The position numbers and the translations under genes were made by a program. Shown here piece by piece: positions 1 through 8,274 of a stretch of DNA of 64,000 bases. Source of the DNA: Rhodanobacter sp. GTDB lineage: Bacteria; Pseudomonadota; Gammaproteobacteria; Xanthomonadales; Rhodanobacteraceae. Each line of letters starts with the position of its first letter. The first letter of the stretch is position 1. Below the pieces are notes generated by a model, which saw only the letters and a list, made by a program, of their open reading frames with translations, searched no databases and was not told the origin of the DNA. The stretch spans positions 1,825 through 65,824 of the forward strand of contig DAITPL010000004.1 of the NCBI GenBank assembly GCA_036833615.1. The letters run 5' to 3'.

Positions 1-1
1 T

Positions 2-1951
2 GGCGACATGGATGGCAATCCCGGGGTCGGTGCCGATACGTTGGTCGCCTGTTTGACGTCGCAGCGCGCGGCGGTACTGGAGCGCTACGCCGAAGACGTG
101 GCCGCACTGGGGCGCCAGCTCAGCCAGACCGACGATCGGGTCGCGGTGACGCCGGCGCTGCGGGCGCGACTGACCGATTATCTGGCGCGCTATCCGGCCG
201 CCGCTGCGCGCATTCGCCCACGCCACGCCGACATGCCTTACCGCTGCCTGCTGCACCTGATGGGTGCCCGCTTGCGTGCCACCGCCCACGCCGCAGCGGA
301 CGGCTACGCGACACCCGACGAATTGCTGGCTGACCTGCAGTTGATCGCCGAGAGTCTGGTCGCGCATCGTGGCCTGCATGCCGGGACCCATGCGGTCACG
401 CGCCTGATCTGGCGGGTGCGCAGTTTCGGCTTTCATCTGGCGCGACTGGATGCGCGGCAGGATTCGCGCGTGCACGACGATGCGCTGGCGGCGCTGCTGG
501 GTGATCCGGATTGGGCCGCGCGCGACGCGGTGCAGCGCGCGGACCGGTTGCGTCCGTACGCCAGTGGCCAGCAGCAGTTCGCCGCGTGTGGCGATCCGCA
601 GGCCGTCGCCTTGCAGGCCGTGTTCGCGGTCTGGCGTGACAGTCGACGACAGCACGGGAGCGGCGCCACCGGCCTGTACATCATCAGCATGGCGCGGTCC
701 GCTGCCGATGTATTGGCCGTGCTGGCGCTGGCCCGTCGGGGTGGCTTGGTGGCGCCGGCGGCAGCTGCCGGCGTGGAGCCTGCCCATGCCGTGCCGCTGG
801 ATATCGCGCCGCTGTTCGAAACCGTTGACGACCTGCACAACGCGCCGGCGACGCTGCAGGCGTTGCTCGACGATCCGGTGTATCGCCAGCACCTGGCCGC
901 GCGCAACGATCAGCAGTGGGTGATGCTGGGTTATTCCGACAGCGGCAAGGATGGCGGCACGCTGGCCTCGCGCTGGGGCTTGCAACGCGCGCAGGTGCGG
1001 CTGCTGGAAGTGGCGCGTGCGGCCAACATCCAGTTGGCGTTTTTTCATGGTCGTGGCGGCTCGGCCAGCCGTGGCGGCGGGCGCATGACGCCGGCCTTGA
1101 TGTCTTCGCCGCGCGGCGCGGTAGGCGGCGTGTTGCGGGTGACCGAACAAGGCGAGGTGATTCACCGCAAGTACGGCATCCGTGCGCTGGCATTGCGCAA
1201 TCTGGAGCAGACCGTGGGCGCGGTGCTGCGCGCCAGCCTGCGTCCGCGCGCGGCCGAGCCGCACGAGGAACGTTGGCGCACGTACATGGATGCGCTCTCC
1301 GCCCACAGCCGGCAAACCTATCGCGCGTTCGTCGAGCGCGAACACTTTGTCGACTATTTCCGCAGCGCGACGCCGATTGACGTGATCGAGCAGATGACGC
1401 TCGGTTCGCGCCCGGCCAGCCGCCGCAGCATGCATGGGGTGCAGGATTTGCGTGCAATCCCGTGGGTGTTTGCGTGGACCCAGTGCCGCGCCATCATTCC
1501 GGGTTGGTACGGTTTGGGCAGCGCGCTGGACTACGGCGTACAGCGGTTCGGCGCCGAAGCCATGAGCGAGATGGCGCGTGACTGGCCATTCTTCAACAAC
1601 GCGCTGAACGACGTGGAGATGGTGCTGGCCAAGTGCGATCTGGACATTGCCGAAGCCTTCTCGACGCTGTCCGGTCCGTTGCACGAAGAGTTCTTTGCCC
1701 TGGTTCGCGCCGAGTTCGTGCGCACCCGCGATGGCTTGTTGCAACTCAAGCACAGCGACGCATTGCTGCAGGGCGACCCGCGTCTGGCCGCGTCGATCCG
1801 CCTGCGCAATCCGTATGTCGATCCCATGAGTCTGCTGCAGGTGGATCTGCTGCGCCGTTGGCGAGCGGGCAAGCGCACCGACGATGCGTTGTTGCATGCT
1901 CTGGTCGCGTGCGTCAATGGCGTCTCGGCCGGTCTGCAGAACACCGGTTGA
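2..1951 (+). CDS. ppc: Phosphoenolpyruvate carboxylase, 5'-truncated by window edge
   Basis: Motifs [51 protein letters not shown] and C-terminal GLQNTG; frame is open from position 2. Confidence 0.95.
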   Translation, partial: GDMDGNPGVGADTLVACLTSQRAAVLERYAEDVAALGRQLSQTDDRVAVTPALRARLTDYLARYPAAAARIRPRHADMPYRCLLHLMGARLRATAHAAADGYATPDELLADLQLIAESLVAHRGLHAGTHAVTRLIWRVRSFGFHLARLDARQDSRVHDDALAALLGDPDWAARDAVQRADRLRPYASGQQQFAACGDPQAVALQAVFAVWRDSRRQHGSGATGLYIISMARSAADVLAVLALARRGGLVAPAAAAGVEPAHAVPLDIAPLFETVDDLHNAPATLQALLDDPVYRQHLAARNDQQWVMLGYSDSGKDGGTLASRWGLQRAQVRLLEVARAANIQLAFFHGRGGSASRGGGRMTPALMSSPRGAVGGVLRVTEQGEVIHRKYGIRALALRNLEQTVGAVLRASLRPRAAEPHEERWRTYMDALSAHSRQTYRAFVEREHFVDYFRSATPIDVIEQMTLGSRPASRRSMHGVQDLRAIPWVFAWTQCRAIIPGWYGLGSALDYGVQRFGAEAMSEMARDWPFFNNALNDVEMVLAKCDLDIAEAFSTLSGPLHEEFFALVRAEFVRTRDGLLQLKHSDALLQGDPRLAASIRLRNPYVDPMSLLQVDLLRRWRAGKRTDDALLHALVACVNGVSAGLQNTG

Positions 1952-1962
1952 GCGTTGCGCAG

Positions 1963-2199
1963 GTAGGGCGGGCATTGCCCGTCGCGTTTGCACAGCGCGT
2001 GGCGGCGCCTCGGGAAGCTGGCGGGCAGTGCCCGCTCTACAGGTTGGTCGTTGCCCGGGTAGGGTGGACTGCGAAAGGCTGGCGGGCAGTGCCCGCCCTA
2101 CGGGTTGATCGTTGTCGCGTGGGCGGACTGCAAAAGGCTGGCGGGCAGTGCCTCCCCTGAGGATTGGTCGTTGCCGGGGTAGGGCGGGCACTGCCCGCC
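1963..2199. repeat. REP/BIME-like cluster (consensus GTAGGGCGGGCACTGCCCGCC) with about three 60-bp tandem units
   Basis: Forward copies 1963-1983 and 2179-2199; inverted copies 2020-2040, 2081-2101, 2140-2160; degenerate forward remnants at 2059 and 2119; conserved linker GGTTGGTCGTTGCC. Confidence 0.85.
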
Positions 2200-2289
2200 G
2201 ATTAACACGTCCGTTCGGTTGGCGATTTGGGCGAGGACTGGCACCTCACCATCGGGCGCGTACATGGATGATCCGGGTTGGGGCGTTTG

Positions 2290-2568
2290 CTACATCAGAG
2301 CCATGCGTGCCTGCAGCGTGGCGATGCGCTCCTCACGTGGCAATTGCTTCCAGGCCAGCTCCAGCCGCAGCGCCGCGCCGTGATCGGCGACCCACACCCA
2401 GCCCAGCAGTTGCCGTGGTGGGTTGGAGCGGGTGAAGCGCGCCCCTTTGCCGCTCACGTGTTGGGCGTAACGTCGCTCAGGATCGCGCGCGATCCCGGTA
2501 TACACGCGGCCGTCGGCGCATTCGATCAGATAGACGGCCCAGGCGACGGTACCCGACGCGTCGCTCAC
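2290..2568 (-). CDS. Small GIY-YIG nuclease family protein (YhbQ/UPF0213-like)
   Basis: WAVYLIEC..DG.VYTGI, RYAQH..GKGARFT, ALRLE..WK; GTG start at 2568 just past the GST stop. Confidence 0.85.
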   Translation of the reverse strand: MSDASGTVAWAVYLIECADGRVYTGIARDPERRYAQHVSGKGARFTRSNPPRQLLGWVWVADHGAALRLELAWKQLPREERIATLQARMALM

Positions 2569-2572
2569 GCAC

Positions 2573-3202
2573 TCACGCCCACTCGACCAGGCCCTCGGCA
2601 GCACACACCTGCTTCCACGACGGGCGCGCCTTGAGCTGGTCGGCCAGCGATGAGAGGTTGGCCCAGGTCGTGGCCGGGTGCGGCATGTTGCGCGACCAGC
2701 GCATCAGCATCAGCACGTACAGATCGACCACGCTGAACGTGGTGCCGAGCAGGTACGGGCCGTGCGTGGCGAGATGATTGTTGAGATGCGACCACGCGGC
2801 TTCGATGCCGATGCGGGCCGCCTCCTTGATGCTGTCCGCTGCCGCCGGCAGGTAATCGGCCGGATAGAACCACTGGCGGAACAATGGCTGCAAGGTGTTG
2901 GCCAGATAGAACATCCACTGCAGGTAATCCGCGCGTGTGGCGCTGCCCGGGGCCGGGGCCAGGCCGGCGTCGGCATGGCGTTCGGCCAGCAGCATCGTCA
3001 GTGCCGCCGCTTCGCCATGGGGCACGCCGTCGATCACCAGTGTCGGCACCTTGCCGTTGGGATTCAGCGCGAGATATGCCGCGCTGCGCTGTTGCCCGGC
3101 ATCCAGATCGATGCGTTCCAGCGTGTGCGCCAGGCCGAGTTCGAGCAAGGTCAGATGCACCACCAGATTGGCGGAACCGGGGCTGTAGTAAAGCGTGAGC
3201 AT
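2573..3202 (-). CDS. Glutathione S-transferase family protein
   Basis: MLTLYYSPGS N-terminus, YLALNPNGKVPTL, YLLG..FSVVDLY; start trimmed to ATG 3202. Confidence 0.9.
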   Translation of the reverse strand: MLTLYYSPGSANLVVHLTLLELGLAHTLERIDLDAGQQRSAAYLALNPNGKVPTLVIDGVPHGEAAALTMLLAERHADAGLAPAPGSATRADYLQWMFYLANTLQPLFRQWFYPADYLPAAADSIKEAARIGIEAAWSHLNNHLATHGPYLLGTTFSVVDLYVLMLMRWSRNMPHPATTWANLSSLADQLKARPSWKQVCAAEGLVEWA

Positions 3203-3331
3203 GGTGAGTCTTCCGCGCGGAGAAAGCCGGATGATACGCGCGGGCTGGCGGAAAAAGTGCTGCCAGCAGGTCGCTGGTGTTGCCATTCCCTGGTCGCAGG
3301 AAAACGCCAGGCGTGGCTCGATGCCCGGTTT

Positions 3332-5200
3332 TCAGCCGTCCAGTTCGGCCCAGCGCGCGTAAGCTGCATCCAGCGTGGTCTGCAGTGCTGCCAACGCTTC
3401 GTTCGCGGCGACAATGGCGGTGCTGTCCTGCTGAAAGAATGCCGGCTCGTTCATCGCTTGCGTCCGCCTGGCGATGTCTGCTTCAAGCGTTTCGATCTTT
3501 CCGGGTAGTTGCTCCAGCTCGCGCTGAAGTTTGAAGCTGTGCTTGCGTTTGGCGGTGACCGGCGACGCTGCGGCAGCCGGGGCTGCGGGCGCCGATTTGT
3601 CCGTGGCGGGCACAACGTGTTCGCGTTGCGCGCGCTGGCGCAACCAATCCGTGTAGCCGCCGACGTATTCGCCGATTTGCCCGTGGCCTTCCAGCACCAG
3701 CGTGCTGGACACCACGTTGTCGAGAAATGCGCGGTCGTGGGACACCAGCAGCAACGTGCCGCGGTAGTCGGTCAGCAATTCTTCCAGCAGTTCCAGCGTT
3801 TCCACGTCCAGATCGTTGGTCGGCTCGTCCATCACCAGCAGGTTGGATGGCTGGGAAAACAGCTTGGCCAGCAGCAGGCGATTGCGCTCGCCGCCGGACA
3901 GGCGGGTGATCGGCGCCCGCGCGCGTTCCGGGGAAAACAGGAAATCCTGCAGGTAGCCGATGATGTGTTTGCGCTGACCGTTGAGTTCGATGAACTCCAG
4001 CCCGCCGGCCACGTTGTCGACCGCGTTGAGCGTGTCGTCCAGTTGCAGGCGATGCTGATCGAAGTACGCGATCTGCGTGCTGGTACCCAGTTCGGCCGTA
4101 CCCTGCTGCGGGATCAGTTCACCGAGCATGATCTTCAGCAGCGTGCTCTTGCCCGCACCATTCGGGCCGATGATGCCGATGCGATCGCCGCGCAGCACCG
4201 TGGTGCTCAGATCGTCAATCAGCGTGCGACCGTCAAAGCCGTGGGTCACATGCTTGAGGTCGATCACCTTCTTGCCGGATGCGTGCGTGCGGCCGAGCGT
4301 CATCTTTGCGTTGCCGGCGAGGTTGCGGCGTTTGGCGCGTTCGTTGCGCAGCGCCTCCAATGCACGCACGCGGCCCTCATTGCGGGTGCGCCGGGCCTTG
4401 ATGCCCTGGCGGATCCACACTTCTTCCTGCGCCAGCTTCTTGTCGAACAGCGCGTTGGCCTGGTCCTCGGCGTGCAAGCGCTCCTCGCGCCGACGCAGGT
4501 AGTTGTCGTAATCGCCCGGCCAGTCGGTGACCGCACCGCGATCAATCTCCACGATGCGCGTGGCCAGCGCACGCACGAAGCTGCGGTCATGGGTGATGAA
4601 AATGATGCTGCCGGCAAACTGTTTGAGAAACGTTTCCAGCCAGTCGATCGCCTCGATGTCCAGATGATTGGTCGGCTCGTCCAGCAGCAACACATCGGGT
4701 TTGCGTACCAGCGCCTGCGCCAGCAGCACGCGGCGCTTCATGCCGCCGGACAGCGCCGGAAAATCCGCGGTAGCGGGCAGTTCCAGCTGCGTCAGGACTT
4801 CGTCCACGCGACGATCCAGATCCCAGCCGTGCTGCGCCTCGAGCTTTGTTTGCACCTCACCCAGCGCGTCGAAATCGCCTTGCGCCAGCAGCTGGTGGTA
4901 GCGCGCCAGCAACCGGCCCAGATCGCCCAGGCCCGCGGCCACCACCTCGAACACGCTGCCGGCGGTGTCCTGCGGCACCTCCTGCGCCATGCGGGCCACG
5001 ACCACACCGTGCTGCAGGCGCACTTCGCCGTCATCGGCGTGCAGCTCGCCGGTGATCAGCTTCATCAACGTGGATTTGCCCTCGCCGTTGCGCCCGACAA
5101 TGCACACGCGTTCGTTCGCCTCGATCGACAAGTTCACCTGTTCGAGCAGGAGCGGGCCGCCGATGCTGAAGTCGACGCGTTGCAATTGGATGAGAGACAT
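3332..5200 (-). CDS. uup: ABC-F family ATPase Uup
   Basis: Two ABC domains (GRNGEGKS, LSGG, LLLDEPTNHLD; GPNGAGKS, LSGGERNR), EEVWIRQGIKARRTRNEGRVRAL linker, coiled-coil C-terminus ending RWAELD. Confidence 0.93.
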   Translation of the reverse strand: MSLIQLQRVDFSIGGPLLLEQVNLSIEANERVCIVGRNGEGKSTLMKLITGELHADDGEVRLQHGVVVARMAQEVPQDTAGSVFEVVAAGLGDLGRLLARYHQLLAQGDFDALGEVQTKLEAQHGWDLDRRVDEVLTQLELPATADFPALSGGMKRRVLLAQALVRKPDVLLLDEPTNHLDIEAIDWLETFLKQFAGSIIFITHDRSFVRALATRIVEIDRGAVTDWPGDYDNYLRRREERLHAEDQANALFDKKLAQEEVWIRQGIKARRTRNEGRVRALEALRNERAKRRNLAGNAKMTLGRTHASGKKVIDLKHVTHGFDGRTLIDDLSTTVLRGDRIGIIGPNGAGKSTLLKIMLGELIPQQGTAELGTSTQIAYFDQHRLQLDDTLNAVDNVAGGLEFIELNGQRKHIIGYLQDFLFSPERARAPITRLSGGERNRLLLAKLFSQPSNLLVMDEPTNDLDVETLELLEELLTDYRGTLLLVSHDRAFLDNVVSSTLVLEGHGQIGEYVGGYTDWLRQRAQREHVVPATDKSAPAAPAAAASPVTAKRKHSFKLQRELEQLPGKIETLEADIARRTQAMNEPAFFQQDSTAIVAANEALAALQTTLDAAYARWAELDG

Positions 5201-5426
5201 CCGCCCATTGTATCGCCTGGTCGGCGAGCGCCGGATTGATGCGCATCTCATGGCGCTGTTGCCGCGACGACGGGCGCAGCGGCGGGTGATTTGCGCTGGT
5301 AATGGTTCGCAAAACATGGCCTTGACGGCGATGGCTCATGCATTACCTGTGGATATTGTGCGGGCTGTGCACTATGGTTTTGGCCGTACAGGGTGATGTG
5401 GTCGTCCACGCAATGAGGAATCCAGG

Positions 5427-6557
5427 TTGGCAATCGGGTCGGTAAAGTCAGGTAGCTGGTTGGGCCGGCTCCGGGGCATTTTGATGGCCACGGCATTTGT
5501 TGTTTTCGGCTGCTTTGCGGGTGCGGCCCACGCTGGCTACGCGGCCATCGTCGTCGATGCGACGACCGGCCAGGTGCTGAATGAAGTCAATGCCGACGAG
5601 CAGAACCATCCGGCGTCGCTGACCAAGATGATGACGCTGTACCTCACGTTTCGACAGTTGCAGGCCGGTCGACTGAAGCTGGATCAGCAATTGCCGGTAT
5701 CCGCGTGGGCCGCGGCCAGGGCGCCGACCAAGCTTGGCCTGACTCCCGGCAACACGATCTCGGTGCGGGACTGCATTCTGGCCATGATCACGAAATCGGC
5801 CAATGACGCCGCGGCCGTGGCTGCGGAAGGCATCGCCGGCTCGACGGATCGCTTTGTGGAGATGATGAATGCCCAGGCGTTGCTGCTGGGCATGACCAAC
5901 ACGCATTTTGACAATGCCTCCGGCTTGCCGAGTCCGCACGACACGACGACGGCACGCGATCTGGCGAAGTTGGCGATGGCGCTGTATCGGGACTTTCCGC
6001 ATGACGCGGCGTATTTCGCCACGCGCCAGTTCAAGTTTCGGGGGAAGGTGGTGCGCGGACACAATCGCCTGATGGATCGCTATCCGGGCATGGACGGGTT
6101 GAAGACCGGCTACACCAATGCGGCCGGCTTCAACCTGGCCTCGACGGCAGTGCGGGACGGCCGTCGCCTGTTCGCCGTGGTCATGGGCGGACGCACGGCG
6201 GCGGCCCGCGACCAGCTGATGGCGCGCTTGCTGGATGACAGCTTCGAGCATCAGCAAACGCCAGAGGTTTTGGTGGCGCAAGCCGGGGTGGTCCGCAGCA
6301 GCAAGGTGGGCCGGGCGCTGGCCGCGTTGTCGCCGATCAAGAGCGCCACGGCGGACACGCTGCCGCCGCAACCGCGCCACCGCCGCCATCGCGGCAAGCG
6401 TGTTGCCGTGGCGCGTACCACCTGTCAGCCACGGCGTGGCGCTGCCTGCGTTCGCCACAAGCACGCGGCCCACACACCAAGCACAGCGGCCAAACTCGCA
6501 CGGCGCAACGTCAAGCAACCAACGGTCGTGGCGTCGCGTACGCACGACGGCGGCTAG
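5427..6557 (+). CDS. D-alanyl-D-alanine carboxypeptidase (peptidase S11) with basic C-terminal tail
   Basis: PASLTKMMT (SxxK), KSANDAA (SxN), DGLKTG; signal-peptide-like N-terminus; GAGGA at 5415-5419 before TTG 5427 (alternative ATG 5484). Confidence 0.88.
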   Translation: MAIGSVKSGSWLGRLRGILMATAFVVFGCFAGAAHAGYAAIVVDATTGQVLNEVNADEQNHPASLTKMMTLYLTFRQLQAGRLKLDQQLPVSAWAAARAPTKLGLTPGNTISVRDCILAMITKSANDAAAVAAEGIAGSTDRFVEMMNAQALLLGMTNTHFDNASGLPSPHDTTTARDLAKLAMALYRDFPHDAAYFATRQFKFRGKVVRGHNRLMDRYPGMDGLKTGYTNAAGFNLASTAVRDGRRLFAVVMGGRTAAARDQLMARLLDDSFEHQQTPEVLVAQAGVVRSSKVGRALAALSPIKSATADTLPPQPRHRRHRGKRVAVARTTCQPRRGAACVRHKHAAHTPSTAAKLARRNVKQPTVVASRTHDGG

Positions 6558-6648
6558 CCGACGCGGGCTTGGGCCGCCTGAGTTCGGGCGCCCTCATCGC
6601 TGTGTTGGCCGCGCCGTCGGGGGTGGTGCAAACGTTGCGTGGATGGCA

Positions 6649-6738
6649 GCGGGCAGTGCCCGCCCTACACAACAGCTGTGGCGACACGGGCCCGCGCGCA
6701 GGTCGCTTGGAGCTCGCGCAGGGTGGGCACTGCCCGTC
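6649..6738. repeat. REP doublet, same family
   Basis: GCGGGCAGTGCCCGCCCTAC 6649-6668 (inverted) and GCAGGGTGGGCACTGCCCGTC 6718-6738. Confidence 0.8.
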
Positions 6739-6762
6739 GTGTGTGGCGTTGTCCGCGGCAAC

Positions 6763-6789
6763 AAAAACCCCGCTGCATGGCGGGGTTTT
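6763..6789. terminator. Bidirectional intrinsic terminator between the convergent S11 peptidase gene and metK
   Basis: AAAAACCCCGC-TGCATG-GCGGGGTTTT hairpin with A and T tracts on the two sides. Confidence 0.85.
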
Positions 6790-6817
6790 CACTCAGCATG
6801 GCTGCTGCAGCGCCGGC

Positions 6818-8017
6818 CTACTGCAACTTCGCGGCCTTGCGCAATACCTCCGCCTTGTCGGTCTTCTCCCATGAGAACGCGGTGAAGGTGTTGCCGTTGG
6901 CGTCCTTCATCTCGTAGGGGGTGCGGCCAAAGTGACCGTAGCTGGCGGTCTGCTGATACATCGGGTGAATGAGGTCGAGCATCTGCAGAATGCCGTACGG
7001 GCGCAGATCGAAGTTGCCGCGAATCAGCTTCTCGATTTCATCGTCGCTGATCTTGCCGGTACCGAATGTGGTGACGGAGATTGACGTCGGCTTGGCCACG
7101 CCGATCGCGTAACTCACTTGCACTTCGCAGCGCCCGGCAATGCCGGCGGCGACGATGTTCTTGGCCACATAGCGCGCGGCGTAGGCTGCCGAGCGATCCA
7201 CCTTGGACGGATCCTTGCCGGAGAACGCGCCGCCGCCATGCCGCGCCCAGCCGCCGTAGGTATCCACGATGATCTTGCGCCCGGTCAGGCCGCAGTCGCC
7301 CACCGGCCCGCCAATGACGAATTTGCCGGTTGGGTTGATGTGGAATTTGGTGTCCTTGTGCAGCAGCTTGGCGGGCAGGATGGGCTTGAGGATCAGCTCG
7401 CGTACGGCTTCGATCAGGTCCTTCTGCTTGACGCCCGGATCATGCTGCGTGGACAGCACCACGGCGTCGATCGCCACGGCCTGGTCATGCTCGTAGCGCA
7501 GGGTGACCTGGCTCTTGGCATCCGGGCGCAGCCACGGCAGCGGCGACTTCTTCGCCTTGCGCACCTTCGCCTGCTGTTCGACGAGACGGTGCGCGTAGTA
7601 GATCGCCGCCGGCATCATGTCCTTGGTTTCGTTCGTGGCATAACCGAACATCAGGCCCTGGTCGCCCGCGCCCTGATCTTCCGGCCGTTTGCGTGCCACG
7701 CCCTGGTTGATGTCCGGCGATTGCTTGCCAATCAGATTGAGCACGCCGCAGGTGGCACCGTCAAAACCAACGTCGCTGGAGTGGTAACCGATATCCACGA
7801 TGACCTTGCGCGTGATTGTTTCCAGGTCGATCCACGCGTTGGTGGTGATCTCGCCAGCCACGATGGCCACGCCGGTCTTGACCATCGTTTCGCAAGCCAC
7901 ATGCGCCGCCGGATCCTTGGCGATGACCGCGTCGAGCACCGCGTCGGAGATCTGGTCGGCAACTTTGTCCGGATGGCCTTCGGAGACCGATTCGGAAGTG
8001 AACAGGAAGTTGGACAT
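6818..8017 (-). CDS. metK: S-adenosylmethionine synthetase
   Basis: [63 protein letters not shown]. Confidence 0.98.
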   Translation of the reverse strand: MSNFLFTSESVSEGHPDKVADQISDAVLDAVIAKDPAAHVACETMVKTGVAIVAGEITTNAWIDLETITRKVIVDIGYHSSDVGFDGATCGVLNLIGKQSPDINQGVARKRPEDQGAGDQGLMFGYATNETKDMMPAAIYYAHRLVEQQAKVRKAKKSPLPWLRPDAKSQVTLRYEHDQAVAIDAVVLSTQHDPGVKQKDLIEAVRELILKPILPAKLLHKDTKFHINPTGKFVIGGPVGDCGLTGRKIIVDTYGGWARHGGGAFSGKDPSKVDRSAAYAARYVAKNIVAAGIAGRCEVQVSYAIGVAKPTSISVTTFGTGKISDDEIEKLIRGNFDLRPYGILQMLDLIHPMYQQTASYGHFGRTPYEMKDANGNTFTAFSWEKTDKAEVLRKAAKLQ

Positions 8018-8026
8018 CGAGACGTA

Positions 8027-8052
8027 TATCCTTTTCTGCGGATAAAGAGATA
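8027..8052. promoter_or_regulatory. Putative operator TATC-N18-GATA overlapping the metK RBS
   Basis: Minus strand TATCTCTTTATCCGCAGAAAAGGATA; a matching site lies upstream of metE; candidate promoter CTGCAA-17-TATCAT just upstream (about 8066-8094). Confidence 0.65.
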
Positions 8053-8274
8053 GATGTGGCCGCGCATGATACAACGCGGTCCGCGGTTTTGCAGCGTCAC
8101 GCGCGATTGGCCGGGGCCCCAGTTTGCCACGGGTCAGGTCATATGGACGGCTGGCTCGTGGACGGCCGGCGCGGTGATCTTTACTGCAGCGTCCCAAGGC
8201 GAATCAGCGTACCCGGGGTCGGTGACCATTGCCGCTGTTCCTGGCGTGCGCAGGTTGCTGGCGTGCACGCCCGG

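Noticed and set aside
1963..2199. Roughly 60-bp periodic repeats resembling a CRISPR array
   Set aside because: The spacers resemble each other, repeats occur in both orientations, the same motif is scattered elsewhere as REPs, and no cas genes are present.
5348..5356. DnaA-box-like TGTGGATAT
   Set aside because: A single 8/9 match with no cluster is expected by chance.
8054..8274. Possible SAM riboswitch upstream of metK
   Set aside because: No SAM-I, SAM-II or SAM-SAH core is recognisable, and a candidate promoter lies about 50 bp from the ATG, leaving no room.
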